Positions 22,623 through 34,420 of a DNA stretch of 64,000 nt are shown here, piece by piece. Below the pieces are notes generated by a model, which searched no databases, was not told where the DNA came from, and worked only from the letters and a program-made list of their open reading frames with translations. The DNA comes from Rhizophagus irregularis (taxonomy: Eukaryota): positions 992,001 through 1,056,000 of the forward strand of contig NC_089430.1 of assembly GCF_026210795.1 (NCBI RefSeq). The letters run 5' to 3'. The number at the start of each line of letters is the position of its first letter. Positions within the stretch are counted from its first letter, which is position 1. The position numbers were made by a program, and so were the translations under genes.

Positions 22623-23829
22623 TCCCTACTTGTAATGCTCGACGGTCCATGTGGCTCTTAGAAAAGATCTGTAGAAGGACTTCAATACCTTCTATTATTT
22701 TTTTATTATCCAGAGGGCGACTAGACTTCAGGGCTTCATATCGGGAGAATAACTCCTTCACATTTTCAGTTTTCAGAGTTTCAGTCTTTGCAGTCCTACC
22801 CTGTACTTTTGCTAAGAAGTCCTGAAAGTCAGCTCCTAGGGTCTTACCAGAGAATCCATAAGCTTCCCGAAAGATAAATTTAATCCAGGTATCTGTATTC
22901 TTGGCTAAAACACCAGGTACAAGTAAATGTTGACGCTCTTTAGGGGATGGAAATACCCGAGCAAATTCAATCAAGTGTCCACCTTTTTTTGCTTCAGATA
23001 CAGCTTTCTGACCATAGGGACTAAACTTGGATCGAACTGTGATTGAACTGGATTCAGACTGAGATCGAACTGGGTTCAAACTTGGATCAAACTGAGATTG
23101 AACTGAGATTGAACTAGGATTGAACTGAGATTGCTCTGTGATCGAACTGAGACTAGTATCCCATCTTACTCGAATAGACAGTGGATCACTCTTGGACCAT
23201 CTAAGATCAAACACTACAAATTCACGTTGCAGAGTAAGATCATCAATTACTGGTGCTAATGATTCTGATTCTTCTGTATATAGGCGGATGATTCTCTTAG
23301 TATCTGTAAGGCTCCCATGACCTCCATGCAGTAAGATGTAGTTAACATTTTCTCGAATAGCCTTAGGAATGGCAAAGAATCTTTGGGCTACATAAATACA
23401 TGAAATATTTTTGTGTCGTCCATGTGTAAAGTAACCAGTGATGAGATCCTGGATTTTTTTAGGTGCATCCATCAGATCCTCGAAGATTACCACAGTAGCT
23501 TGAGTAGGATCGAAGGAGTCAATCTCTGGAATCTCACTATGGGTTACTGCAGTGAATGGGATCTTTTCCTCTTCGAAAAAATCATGTACAACTGCCCACT
23601 TCAGCTCGTCAAGATATCTGCCAACTAAAAGTACTGCATCACATAGTACATACCGATTACCATCCTCCTTTGCCTTCTTGTCACCCATTAACAAGTTAAT
23701 GATCATAGTTGTTTTACCTGAGTCTGAGCTACCTGCTACGGCTAATCGAAAGGGCCATGATGGAGCAAACTCATTGCCTTGTCTTGAGTCGGTCGTGTAC
23801 TCGTCCAAATTGTATACATAAAGATCCAT
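22606..23829 (-). CDS. A32-like packaging ATPase, intact, with Ser/Gln repeat linker and C-terminal extension
   Basis: Walker A GSSDSGKTT, Walker B VVIFEDL, and FTHGRHKNISCIYVAQ...IPKAIRENVNY, typical of poxvirus A32/Polinton ATPases. Confidence 0.92.
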   Translation of the reverse strand: MDLYVYNLDEYTTDSRQGNEFAPSWPFRLAVAGSSDSGKTTMIINLLMGDKKAKEDGNRYVLCDAVLLVGRYLDELKWAVVHDFFEEEKIPFTAVTHSEIPEIDSFDPTQATVVIFEDLMDAPKKIQDLITGYFTHGRHKNISCIYVAQRFFAIPKAIRENVNYILLHGGHGSLTDTKRIIRLYTEESESLAPVIDDLTLQREFVVFDLRWSKSDPLSIRVRWDTSLSSITEQSQFNPSSISVQSQFDPSLNPVRSQSESSSITVRSKFSPYGQKAVSEAKKGGHLIEFARVFPSPKERQHLLVPGVLAKNTDTWIKFIFREAYGFSGKTLGADFQDFLAKVQGRTAKTETLKTENVKELFSRYEALKSSRPLDNKKIIEGIEVLLQIFSKSHMDRRALQVGINSIL

Positions 23830-23860
23830 TTGAATTTTATTCTAACTTAGTTTAAATACT

Positions 23861-24658
23861 ATGTCAACATCAACACCAATTCCAGTTTATATTCCTTCAG
23901 AACCTACTGGACCGCCTCCTGCACACTTGGCCAATGAAGAAGACGATGATGAATTAGTTAGAATACTAAAGGCTCATGCAAATTTATTGACTACCAGGGG
24001 TCGTTTAACTGTTGATTCAGAGATACAGGAGGCAAATAATCAAATCAAACATATTATTAATATATTAATGTATCGCTGTAAAGCAAAACATGAAGAACTT
24101 GGTATTACAAAAGATTTGTTAGTTTTTGCACAAGGTAAGATAAATGCATTTGATGAAACATTTACTAATTTAGAATAACAATTAGTTATTATACGTGCTG
24201 CCAATGATAATTTCATAGAAGAAAACCATAACCTGCAAAGAGATTATGATACTATGGTAGAGCTTCGTCAACGGGCTATAGGTGAATGTAATCAGGCATG
24301 ACATGAACGTAATGTATTACAAGCAGATTATACTCAAGCAGTAAGGGATCGTAATGAGGCTCAAAATGCTGTGAATCGTGGTAATATCCTTCTAAATCAT
24401 TGGCGGCTGAGGGCTACTTGGACTGGAGGACAACTTGTATTGGCTAATGTGCAACTTGGACAGGTTAATGCATAGCTAGCACATGCTAATAATAGGGTGC
24501 GTTTTGGGATTCAGACATTAGGGAGACTTAGGAATAGACTTTTCCAACAGATAGCTGCTCTTAGAATTCAGGTACAATGGTTTCGAATTAGACAATTGAA
24601 CCCTCCTCCACCTCTTTTAAACAATCCACTAGAGACGTTATGGCTACCACTGCGATAG
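23861..24658 (+). pseudogene. Coiled-coil protein upstream of gag (element 2), several stops
   Basis: Collinear with 11166-11963. Confidence 0.7.
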
Positions 24659-26094
24659 GATTGCCAATTTTTGAGGGTAAAGCTACTAATGATATTGATA
24701 CATTTGTTAGGCTTTATATGGGTTATCTTGATACTATCAATCTTAACCCATACGCTGCTGGAGGGCCACCAGAGTCTTAGAAAAGAGCTATGGGTATACT
24801 TAGAAGCTGCATGGCTGGTGAAGCGGCTGAATGGTTTGATCGAGAAATTACAGGAAAAAATTGGGAACTTTCTGGTATCACTTCAGCTGGTGGAGCTAAT
24901 TTAGCTGCTTTTGTAGCATTAGTAATACCAGAAGCTGCAGGAGGACCAAATGCAGGTACCTATGTAAATGGGTCTGAAGCACAAATCTATTCAAGAGATC
25001 CAGTTAATGCATTAGTAACTATTAGAGCAGCATTTATTCCTACTCATGATTTAATGGGTGGAGATGAAGCTTGGAAAAGAGCTGGTACTCGTCCGACAGA
25101 TAGAGCTGCTCTGGCTACTGCAGATGCTGGTGTTGCTGCTAATAATAATCATCCTATAGTTTTTCCAGGTATTAAACCTAACCAGGCGCTTTATTGGCTT
25201 AGAACACAATTTCCAACTGTTTTAGATGAAAAGAAACGTATCCGTTTTAACAGTCTTTACCAGGAAAATGAGCCAGTTGATGCATTTTATAGAACTGTAA
25301 AGAGGGCTGGAAAATTACTAAGACTAACTGATGATTTTATTATCGACCAGTTCTTTAGAGGTCTTTCAGCTGATAATATTTTTGAAGCAGAAAGGTTTCA
25401 CAATCTTAATCCTGATGACTTGGTTAAATATCTGAGAAATTTAGAACAGAGAAGGGCTGAAATGCGCTTGGGGTTACAAGATAGAAATCGGCGACTTCAA
25501 GCAGATTACAGTGATGTAACTCAACCTCCGTTAGGAAAACAGGAACCTGTCGTACTGACATCAAAGTCAACTGGGGTTACTCAAGAACAATTACAAGAGT
25601 TGCTTAAGGCTCAGGCTGAAGAACTTACCAAGAATTTCCAGGTGCAATTTAAACAATTACAGGCTCGACCAGTTTGTAATCTACCAGTCTATAGACAGCA
25701 GATTAAACCTGTTCGACCAAAACCACAGAGACGTGTTGTTCATGATCATCAGGATCCTGATTGGGATGATGGTTATGTAGATCATGATGTTGGTGATGAC
25801 CCTGATGCTCCTGAGTGGACTTTGGATGATCATCAAAATGCTATTGATCTTATTATGGGATATAAACGTGGGACGTCTAAAATACTTACAAATCAACTTC
25901 AGAAGGCTAAAGATAGACGTGATGATCTGGATTTGGCCCGAGCAATGAAAAACCTTGATCTTAACGATGATGCTATGGACATTGATACTGTGAGTTTTGG
26001 TGAAAAGGTAGAATTGAGAGAAAAAGATGGTGATGTCTATATGGTTCGTGTTGGGTCAAAAAAAAGTAGGTTCGAGTATCTCAAAACTTCTTAA
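24640..26094 (+). pseudogene. Gag-like capsid protein (element 2), one stop at 24778
   Basis: Collinear with 11945-13375; open for 434 aa after the TGG>TAG lesion. Confidence 0.8.
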
Positions 26095-26806
26095 GTCTTC
26101 CCCAAATAAGACAGCAGTTAGCTCTTCTAGTGTGCCCTTAAAAGGCAAAGCAACCCCTGTTAAGATTCCTGTGAAAGTTACTGGTAGTAAGTCTACACCT
26201 GCAAAAGCTGTTACTAAGAATGACTTATTAAGCCTGTTAAAGTCTGCAGACTTTAGGAAATTACTCTGTGAGATTCTTCAGGAGGAGTTGATGTCTGCTA
26301 GAAAAGTCACAGAGATTTCAGATGACTTAGCTGAGGAGGAACAAGAAGAGGATATCAGGGAATACGATCCTATGGATATTAATATAGTTCGTTTGGAGAA
26401 TATTAAAGATCTATTAGCACTTAATGGGGAGGTTAATGGAATAGCAATTCAGTGTTTAGCAGACACTTGTGCTAATGCGTCTTTTATTCAGAGAGAAGCT
26501 GCTGAGGAATTAGGGTTGGATATCGACAAGAGTATTACATACAACATATCTGGTGCTCCAGGAACAGGTAGGACATTCGGCATGGTAAAGGGAGTGTTAA
26601 TCAAACTTACCCCTGATTATGCTATCACTGAGGATCTTGCAGTTTTAGATGGATACAAGCATAGGGAAATTGGATTGAGCCAGACGTGTCTGAAACGTTA
26701 CAATTATAATGTCCATGAATCACGTGAACATGTCGCCCTTACCTGTGATGGGAAGAATGTTTTTATCCCGATAGTTCCTGATGTGAATAGAGGAGACAAA
26801 AAATAA
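26066..26806 (+). CDS. Retropepsin-like aspartic protease (element 2)
   Basis: LADTCANASFI motif; overlaps the gag end at the A8 run. Confidence 0.8.
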   Translation, partial: VGSSISKLLKSSPNKTAVSSSSVPLKGKATPVKIPVKVTGSKSTPAKAVTKNDLLSLLKSADFRKLLCEILQEELMSARKVTEISDDLAEEEQEEDIREYDPMDINIVRLENIKDLLALNGEVNGIAIQCLADTCANASFIQREAAEELGLDIDKSITYNISGAPGTGRTFGMVKGVLIKLTPDYAITEDLAVLDGYKHREIGLSQTCLKRYNYNVHESREHVALTCDGKNVFIPIVPDVNRGDKK

Positions 26807-26831
26807 GACCCTTTAATTCTTCTATTTTTTT

Positions 26832-27959
26832 TTATTCCCAAAATTTGCGAATTAAGTCAGGGACATCTTCCTTCAACTGGTCAGCAGGTTCCCAAGTGGC
26901 TTCTGTATCTGGGTATCTCTCCCACTTAACCAAATACTGGTCTTGACCTTTTCTAATGCGATGCCGAAGTATCTGCTCAGGTACAAATCTTTTGGGTTGT
27001 CCTCTTATCACAGAGTCAGGTAGAGGCTTTTCATTAATAGAAACTACTTGCAATTCCTTTCGGGTATATGCACATCTGGATACACCTAATCGACCATGTG
27101 GTCCGTTAAGAAGATATGTAGGAGGTTGTTCAGGTGAGAGTATCATTTTTTTGATTACACGAATGTTTGGGTTCCATCTTATGTCTCCTGTACGGAATTT
27201 TTCGTGAAATTTGTTACCTAGTACAGAAATAGGTTCATCTAACTTGACTCTGACACGTGTTCCTTCAGAAAGGAGGTCTGTCTTTTTTGATACTTTAGGT
27301 GATCCTGTCGGAATGTCTGGGAGATTTCTCTGCCAGAGTTCATTTACTTTACTCACTATATTATGGAAATCTTCTGACCATTCCACAGATGTCACCCCGG
27401 TTTTCAACTCTTGTGCAACCATTCGTTTTAGGAGAGGTTCTTGGATTGCTTGGATGGCTCGTTCGGCATATGACTGCTGTTTATGTCTACCTGGTTCGCT
27501 GAACCTCATCATTACCCCTAGGCTGTTCAGGAAAAAATCACGTACCTGGTCGTTAGTGAATTCTGATCCGGAGTCCGTTTCCAGTCGGTGTGTTAGTGGC
27601 TTGATACGATTTCTTCTGTAGATTTTGACAAACCCGTTTAGAACTCTATTTGCAGTCTTATCCTTTAGGGGTTCTGCATCAACTCTCTTTCCTGCAACTT
27701 CCACCACTATGAGAAAATAGTGGAATCCTTTGGGGTCAACTGGCATCTCTGCAAGATCTGCCTGATGTGTTGCATTTGGTTTCCATACAATTACCTTTGG
27801 GTGTTCTGTTGACTTTTCCTTTAAAGGCTTTTTGTATAGGTTGTAGTGCTCTTTACCTTTTAAAATTCGTGCTGGTACTCTGGATAGACTGTAGTACTTG
27901 TAGTAATTCTCTAATTGTGACATATTACGACAAATTAAAGGAAAGATTTCAGACTTCAA
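26832..27959 (-). CDS. Chromodomain-bearing DDE integrase (element 2), intact
   Basis: HQADL / ETDSGSEF / YAERAI plus chromodomain. Confidence 0.92.
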   Translation of the reverse strand: MKSEIFPLICRNMSQLENYYKYYSLSRVPARILKGKEHYNLYKKPLKEKSTEHPKVIVWKPNATHQADLAEMPVDPKGFHYFLIVVEVAGKRVDAEPLKDKTANRVLNGFVKIYRRNRIKPLTHRLETDSGSEFTNDQVRDFFLNSLGVMMRFSEPGRHKQQSYAERAIQAIQEPLLKRMVAQELKTGVTSVEWSEDFHNIVSKVNELWQRNLPDIPTGSPKVSKKTDLLSEGTRVRVKLDEPISVLGNKFHEKFRTGDIRWNPNIRVIKKMILSPEQPPTYLLNGPHGRLGVSRCAYTRKELQVVSINEKPLPDSVIRGQPKRFVPEQILRHRIRKGQDQYLVKWERYPDTEATWEPADQLKEDVPDLIRKFWE

Positions 27960-27967
27960 ATCTCAAG

Positions 27968-28539
27968 ATAACACGATTTTACTGTCTAAAGTGCAAGAAG
28001 GAAACTGAGACTGCTAGTGAAATACAAGATATGACTACAAATGGGCGTTACCGGCTGCATGGTGACTGCACAATTTGTGGTATGCATAAGAATACTTTTA
28101 CTGGAGTAGACTGGGTGATCAAGAAGAAGACTAAAGAGAAAAAGAAAGAACCCGCTGCTAAGAGACATCAGACGGCTTACAATTGGCAATGCAAAAAACT
28201 TGGACAGAAAATCTTAGATTCTGATGACGCGTGTAAACAGTAAGGTTGCTTGTTAAACCTCTTCAAAATCCTACGATTAGTTTCGTCAAAATTTTACTAT
28301 AGATTTATTATAGTTTTGGCAGAGTTTCGGCAGTTTCGGCATTTATAATAAGTTTTGGCATTTTCACCTTTCTCCAAAGTTTCGCCAGTTTTTTAATATA
28401 ACTTTAATATAGTTTCAGCAGAATTTCGCTTTTCGGCAAAACGCCATCTTGCCTAAACCCCTAGGTTTCGGCAAGCAACCTTAGTAAACAGTGTATTGAT
28501 AAATGCCTTAAGGAGGCAAAAAAGAGGAAGACGGATTAG
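27968..28539 (+). pseudogene. DUF5679-like protein (element 2): start mutated (ATA) and interrupted by hAT MITE
   Basis: Matches 15273-15593 when 28241-28483 is removed. Confidence 0.7.
28241..28483. mobile_element. 243-bp hAT-type MITE
   Basis: TIR TAAGGTTGCTTG...CAAGCAACCTTA and 8-bp TSD GTAAACAG. Empty site in element 1. Confidence 0.92.
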
Positions 28540-28579
28540 TACTGCCTTCTAAAAGTATTCTTTATCATCTGAATCGTCT

Positions 28580-29048
28580 TGGTATACCCATTGTTCAATT
28601 ACTTATTTTTTCTGACGGGGGCGGGACGGAGTTGGTCTTACTGGCTCTATAGACCTTCTAGGGGCTTACCTGCTAACTTACCTGGTTTGCTATCTCACTG
28701 CTTCCGACAGATGAATAGACTGAATCCTGATCATATGATAGAACTATGACAGAATGACAGATCTGGGGGGTAAAATCAAAACTTTTTTCTGGAGATATCC
28801 TCTCCCGATTTTTCTGAAACATCTGTCATATCTGTCATATCTGTCATGCCTCTCTGATTCTATCGTATTTTCCTCTCTTTTCCCTTATTTTATCCTTTTT
28901 TAGTATATTGTTATATGACAGATGTTAATGACAGATGGTGACAGATATAGGGGATTCCTGAGCCCCGTAGGGGCCATATAGGTACTGCGACGGGTCGTAG
29001 ACCCGGAGGTGGGTGGTGCTTGCACCTCCCACATCCAGCCTGACGACT
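28580..29048. repeat. Right TIR of element 2 (~470 bp)
   Basis: Aligns along its length with the reverse complement of 53682-54153. Confidence 0.85.
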
Positions 29049-30371
29049 ACAATTTGTCTATTAATCCTTTACGGTAAGAAATTTGTGAATCCGGATAGTA
29101 CGAAATAATGTGTTTTAGAGGAGGTTCTAGAAACCTACGTTCATAGGCTTGAAGAGCAAAATTATTCTCCTTTCGGGAGGTTCTACTGGAATGACGAATG
29201 TGGGAAAATGGCTTTATTAGACGGTTTTTTATGCCTAGATTCCATCTAGAACTGGAGTAACTAGGACTTCGTCCTAGAAGAGATGCACCCATTAATGGGT
29301 TTGTGATAACCATCATTTATATGTTATGATTAATAAATCAATGGTTGCAAAAAAATCTCTATGATTTTTCGAGGAACGAGGAAAATTATAGAGGGTGGAT
29401 CCTTTTTGCCTATGAAAAGTAAACAGGTTTAATAGGGTAGTTTTCTCTAACACAAAAGCTAGTAACAGTATTATACCTGCATCAGTAAATTTTTTGGAAT
29501 ATGGATCCTTAAAGATTCCATAAATTGCTTTAGAATCCTTAAGGATCTGTAATTTTATGGATTCTTTAAAAATCCATACTGATTTGTAAAATACCCTTAA
29601 GGAATCTATAAGTTTACAGATCCTTAAAGATTCTTTAAAGATTCCATATAAAAAATCCTTATATATTCCTTATATCTAAATCTTTAAAAAATTTTATTTT
29701 TATTTTAAAATTAAAAAATTACGTGTATCACGTGTTATAATCTTAATGTTTAATGATCAGCCATCTGATATCTTGATATGGAATTTTTTTTTACATAACT
29801 TTCGTCTTTATTCCCTCTCTCACCTTTTCCCTTTCTCGTTCTATTTCTTTACCCTATTCTTTCCCCTCTTTCTACAAAATCCATAATGAAACATTAAATA
29901 ATGTTTCGCTATTTTTTTAGTTAGCAGTCAGATTTTGGTAAGGTTTTTTTTTATATATTTATCAGGTTCTAATTCATTTTTTTGTTTTTTTTTTCTAGAC
30001 AGTTCTTTTGGATTACTTTGAAGGTGATAGGGATTGAAATCGATTATCATTATTAGAATCGATTTTAAAATCGATTAATCGCGATTAATCATTTCGCAAA
30101 ATTTTGATTCTATAATTTGATTTTCGATTTTTGATAATCGGATTTATACTTCAAAAACAATACTATTTTATGTCGCTAGCATCTTGTTAAACGTTTTAAT
30201 GAACTTTTTATTTTCTATAATTTGTAATTATAGAATTTTTTTATACTTAAAATAATGTATTTTTTATATTTTAAATTTAAAATAATGAATTTTAAAACTT
30301 ATTTTTCGGTGTAACAGATAAATTTGATGATGATCATTTAATAAACTACTTTTATTATCAATACTGCTATA

Positions 30372-30958
30372 GGTGTCATCGAAATTAATTACGGATTTTA
30401 CCACGATTACGGCACGTGCCGCATTGCCAACTGTAAAAACCGTAAAATTTTATTACAGCAAAATTCAAAATATACGGGACACTTGAGAATTTTGATTGTT
30501 GGGTTGTCGGGTAGCCGGGTTACTCGGCAGTAGGTTATTATATAATCTGATATACTACTATTACACTCATGTCACGTGTTATTTATAAAATAACCTATTG
30601 CTGAGTAACCCGGCTACCCGACAACCCGACAATCAAAATTCTTAAGTGTCCCATATATTTTGAATTTTGCTGTAAGGCATTAAGTTCGGCCAGAGTTAAA
30701 TGATCTTCATGATAATTTCCTTTTTTGGAATATGGTGTAACCATTGTGTAACTCGATTCTCCATTTTTGATGGAAAGCAAAATTTCCTTTTTTGGAATTT
30801 TGTGTAATGTCACGTAATATAACAACAAAAATTCGGCCGGCATTACTGGCATTACCGGCATTATAAACTTATTTACGGCATTACAGATAATTTACGGATT
30901 TCGCCGAATTAATTACGGTATAGCCAAAATGCCAAAATTCATGAATTTCGACGACAAG
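30372..30958. mobile_element. Probable TA-flanked non-autonomous element nested in the hAT
   Basis: Imperfect TIR TGTCATCGAAATT / AATTTCGACGACA with TA flanks. Confidence 0.55.
30456..30672. mobile_element. Tc1/mariner-type MITE with ~85-bp TIRs
   Basis: CAGCAAAATTCAAAATAT...ATATTTTGAATTTTGCTG with TA on both sides. Confidence 0.85.
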
Positions 30959-33275
30959 TATAAATTTCGATTTTTGTTCAATAATCGATTTAAAATCGAT
31001 TCTTATCAATTTTCGATAAATTCGATTATTGTAAAATCGATTCCGATCCCTAGAAGGTGATATTCTGGTAAGTTTTAAACTTTTTTTTTCTTTCTTTTAA
31101 TGAATGGTTTCTAACAGTTATTTCTTTTTTAGACGGTTCTTTCAGATTTTCTTGCGGCAAGTTTTTTTTTACAATTTTTTTTATTTTAACGGAACATTAA
31201 CTAATGTTTCATTTTCATTTTTCTTTTTTTAGATAGTCGGGTCTTTTCTTTTTAGGTTCTTTCAGATTTCCTTTGCATGTGGCATTTCGGTAAGCTTACA
31301 CTTTAATTTTTTATTTATTTTAATGATATGTTGCCTTAACTAACGTTTCATTTTATTTCCTTTTTTTAGACGTCCTTTTTTTCAGGTACTTGAACATGGA
31401 TTTCGGCAAGTAAAAAAATATTATTCATTTTTTCATATTAATGAATATTATTAACTATTCTATTTTTTCTTTTTTGGGTTTGGATATTCGAATAGGACTT
31501 TTACAAGTAAACAAAAAAAATTTCATTTTTTTATATTAACGAACATTACTAACTGTTCGTTTTCTTTTTTAGGTGATTTTGAGCCTTTTTGGACGTGAAA
31601 TACTGGCAAGTAAGAAAAAAAAATTATTTTTTTTCTTTTTATTTATTTTAATGAACATCACTAACTGTTCGTTTTCTTTTTTTTAGGTGGTTTTGAGCCT
31701 TTCTAGACGCAGAATACCGGTGTGTAAAAAAAATTATTTTTTTTCTTTTTGTTTATTTTAACAAACATTGCTAATTGTTCGTTTTTTCTCTTTTTTAGGA
31801 ATTTTTTTGATGTGGGATACCAGTAAGTTTCATAAAAAATTTGTTTCAATTTTTTTTTTTATTTTGACGAATACTAAATATTCATTTTTTTTTCTTTTTT
31901 AGGTGTTTTTTTCAACTTGGATACTGGTAAGTAACAAAAAAAGAAGTTATTTCAGATTTTTTTATATTAATGAGCATTACTAACTGCTCATTTTCATTTT
32001 TTTTAGGCGTTTTTTTTTTAAATATCTCTGGACGTAAAATACTTACAGAATAACGGCAAAGGAAAAAAGATATTGAAGATGACATCTTTCGGATTAATTT
32101 CAGTATTAGACACGCACTATAAGTTATTTCAACAAGTGTATTGAAAACAAAAAAAATCAATTTTTTCTTTTCTTTAGATGGAATGGGTCATTAATGCGTT
32201 AGAAACTGGTGGGGAATTATTTAAATTTTTATTTTACTGTAGCGAAATATCTACTAATGTTTAATTTTTTTCTTTTTAGATGGCCATTTCTTTTGATTTC
32301 TTTAGACGTGTGGGAACTTGGTAAGTGAAGACTTCTTTAAATTATTTATTTTAATAAAATGTTTATTAACGTTTCAATCTTTCTCTTTTTTTTAGACGAG
32401 TAGGTTTCAATAGAGGAATACTATCGCTTGCTATAGATCAGCTATTAGTGAATCCACAAACAGATTGATACTTTTTCAATTGGAAATCACCCGGATATTG
32501 TAAAAGCCATGCAAGCAATTAGGATTGATAACCCTCCTGCTTCAAAATCAAATGACGCTATTGACATTATACTATGATCTGGGGTATCGATTAGAGAGAA
32601 AATAATTTAATAATAGGTAAGTTTCATTGCGAAACTTCAATTGCTTCCTTTTTAATAAAAGCGTTAAATAATGTTTAATTTTTTTTAGGTTGTCTGGATA
32701 TCAACAGAAGAATTAAGGAAAAGCAATAAGTTTCATTGTGAAACTTACATAATTATTTTTTTTTAACTTTATTTATTAGTTGTTTTTGTATTTTATATTT
32801 AAATTATTGTTTTATTTTTATTAACTGGAGAAATACATAATATATACAATAATATTAAAGATAAATAAATACACATTAAATATATAAATTAATAAATAGA
32901 TTTTAATAAAAATCAATAAATAATATATTAATAAAAATTAAATAAATATCCCTAAGGATTCTTTCCTATCCTTAGGGATTCTTTAAACTTTTTAATTCCA
33001 AGGATCCGTTGAGGTGGGGAAGGATCCACGCAAATCTTTACTATTTACGGAAAATAAGGATTTCACGTGGATCCTGACTCCTAAAACATTACCGATGTGG
33101 AGGTACCTTTGGTGTGTTCGTATGGAGGCACAGATATCACTGGTATAATTGTTTACGCTGTTTATTATGTCAGAAGACAAAAGCCTATCTAGTCAAGTAT
33201 TTACCTTCTCATGTGCACAATAGTATGTACAATGCATTACTCTCCAGGTTTTTTGCTCTATTCCTCTGGGTAGCA

Positions 33276-33746
33276 TTAACACATGAATCCATTACCATGG
33301 ACATCTAACTCATCGGTACCACGTATTGCCAAACGGTTCAGCTGATCTATTATATCCTGATTGATCTGATTCATTTTAGCTAATTCCCTATTTATAGATA
33401 GAAGCAAGGAATCAACGATAACATGTGTACAGCCTTCTTTTGGTAGCCTTTCTTCGTCATCCCAAAAATCTTCAACCTTTCCTCGAAGCTTTATCATATT
33501 TTTCATTTTATCGTTATTCAAGACAAGATAAGAATATTCTTCACCGTTATTATCAATTTCTACCTTTCACAAACTTAAGTCATCGGCTTCAATATCAAGG
33601 AAATCATTATTTGTCATCTTGACTTTTCGTAAATTTTCTCTTTAAGATCATCAATATAATTGGTGGTGTGGATAAGAACGGTGAACGCTTTAGAATTTTT
33701 TTCGATACATTTGAAGAGTCAGCAGATCAACTTGACGTCCACCATG
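33276..33746 (-). pseudogene. Crinkler (CRN)-type N-terminal domain pseudogene
   Basis: Fragments IDDLKEKIYE, DIEADDLSL*KVEI (LWKV-like) and KVEDFW...CTHVIVD (HVLV-like), with stops and frameshifts. Confidence 0.65.
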
Positions 33747-34420
33747 ATTCTGTAATTATTGCCCATGATTAATGCTACTTATTTATGATTCAATTATCAA
33801 TCACCCATTTCACCAAGTGATCTGCTAATCACTGCGGTTAATGATATGGGAAAATTATGGTACTTTCATAGGGAGTAAAAGATTGTAGACCCTGATACAA
33901 TTGTAGGGTTTCCACACACTAACAACATATGATTTTTTATTACTAATATCATCAAGAACTGATAAACCCTTCCCTTTTATAGAATACTCAGGTTGCCTTC
34001 TGCGAATGTCCTCATTGAAAAAAATTATGTGTATTTCTTTGAAAGAGTAATAAATGTATGTGAAAATTAATATCACATCACACAGGACAGATGATTTTGG
34101 TAAAAAATTATCCAACTGATGGAGTCACTTTGGACTAGCTGGTTGAATGACCCTTAATACTGCACATAAAACATATTGCGGTAGAATACCCTCTATTTCA
34201 TCTATTGAATCGATAATGAATCGCACATGTTGGGATATATTCCTATTCAAAAGTGGATCAACGAGTGATTAGCCTATACACGTAATTTACATGCACTAAT
34301 ATTAATAGGATGGTAAAATCTACCGTTTATCTGGGATCTAGATTCTAATAGCATAATTTCCTTTTTCGATTAATTCTATCAACACAATCGATCTACAAAT
34401 GTAAAACGACATGTCTTTAT

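Larger units (their letters stand above)
16206..29048 (+). mobile_element. Polinton/Maverick-like element 2 (right portion; left end displaced by element 1)
   Basis: Same gene order as element 1. Begins mid-helicase immediately after the element 1 terminus and ends with TIR ...CCAGCCTGACGACT. Confidence 0.85.
30028..31052. mobile_element. Non-autonomous hAT element
   Basis: TIR TAGGGATTGAAATCGATT / AATCGATTCCGATCCCTA and 8-bp TSD GAAGGTGA. Confidence 0.88.
29476..33103. mobile_element. Probable non-autonomous DNA transposon with degenerate TIRs and micro-exon-like interior
   Basis: Imperfect inverted ends (CCTGCATCAGTAA...GGATCC / GGATCC...TTACCGATGTGGAGG) flanked by TA; GGATCCTT-like subterminal repeats. 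Confidence 0.4.

Noticed and set aside
1..29048. Simple tandem segmental duplication or assembly artefact
   Set aside because: The copies differ by many substitutions, different TIR interiors and independent insertions, and the junction is an element terminus fused to mid-gene sequence.
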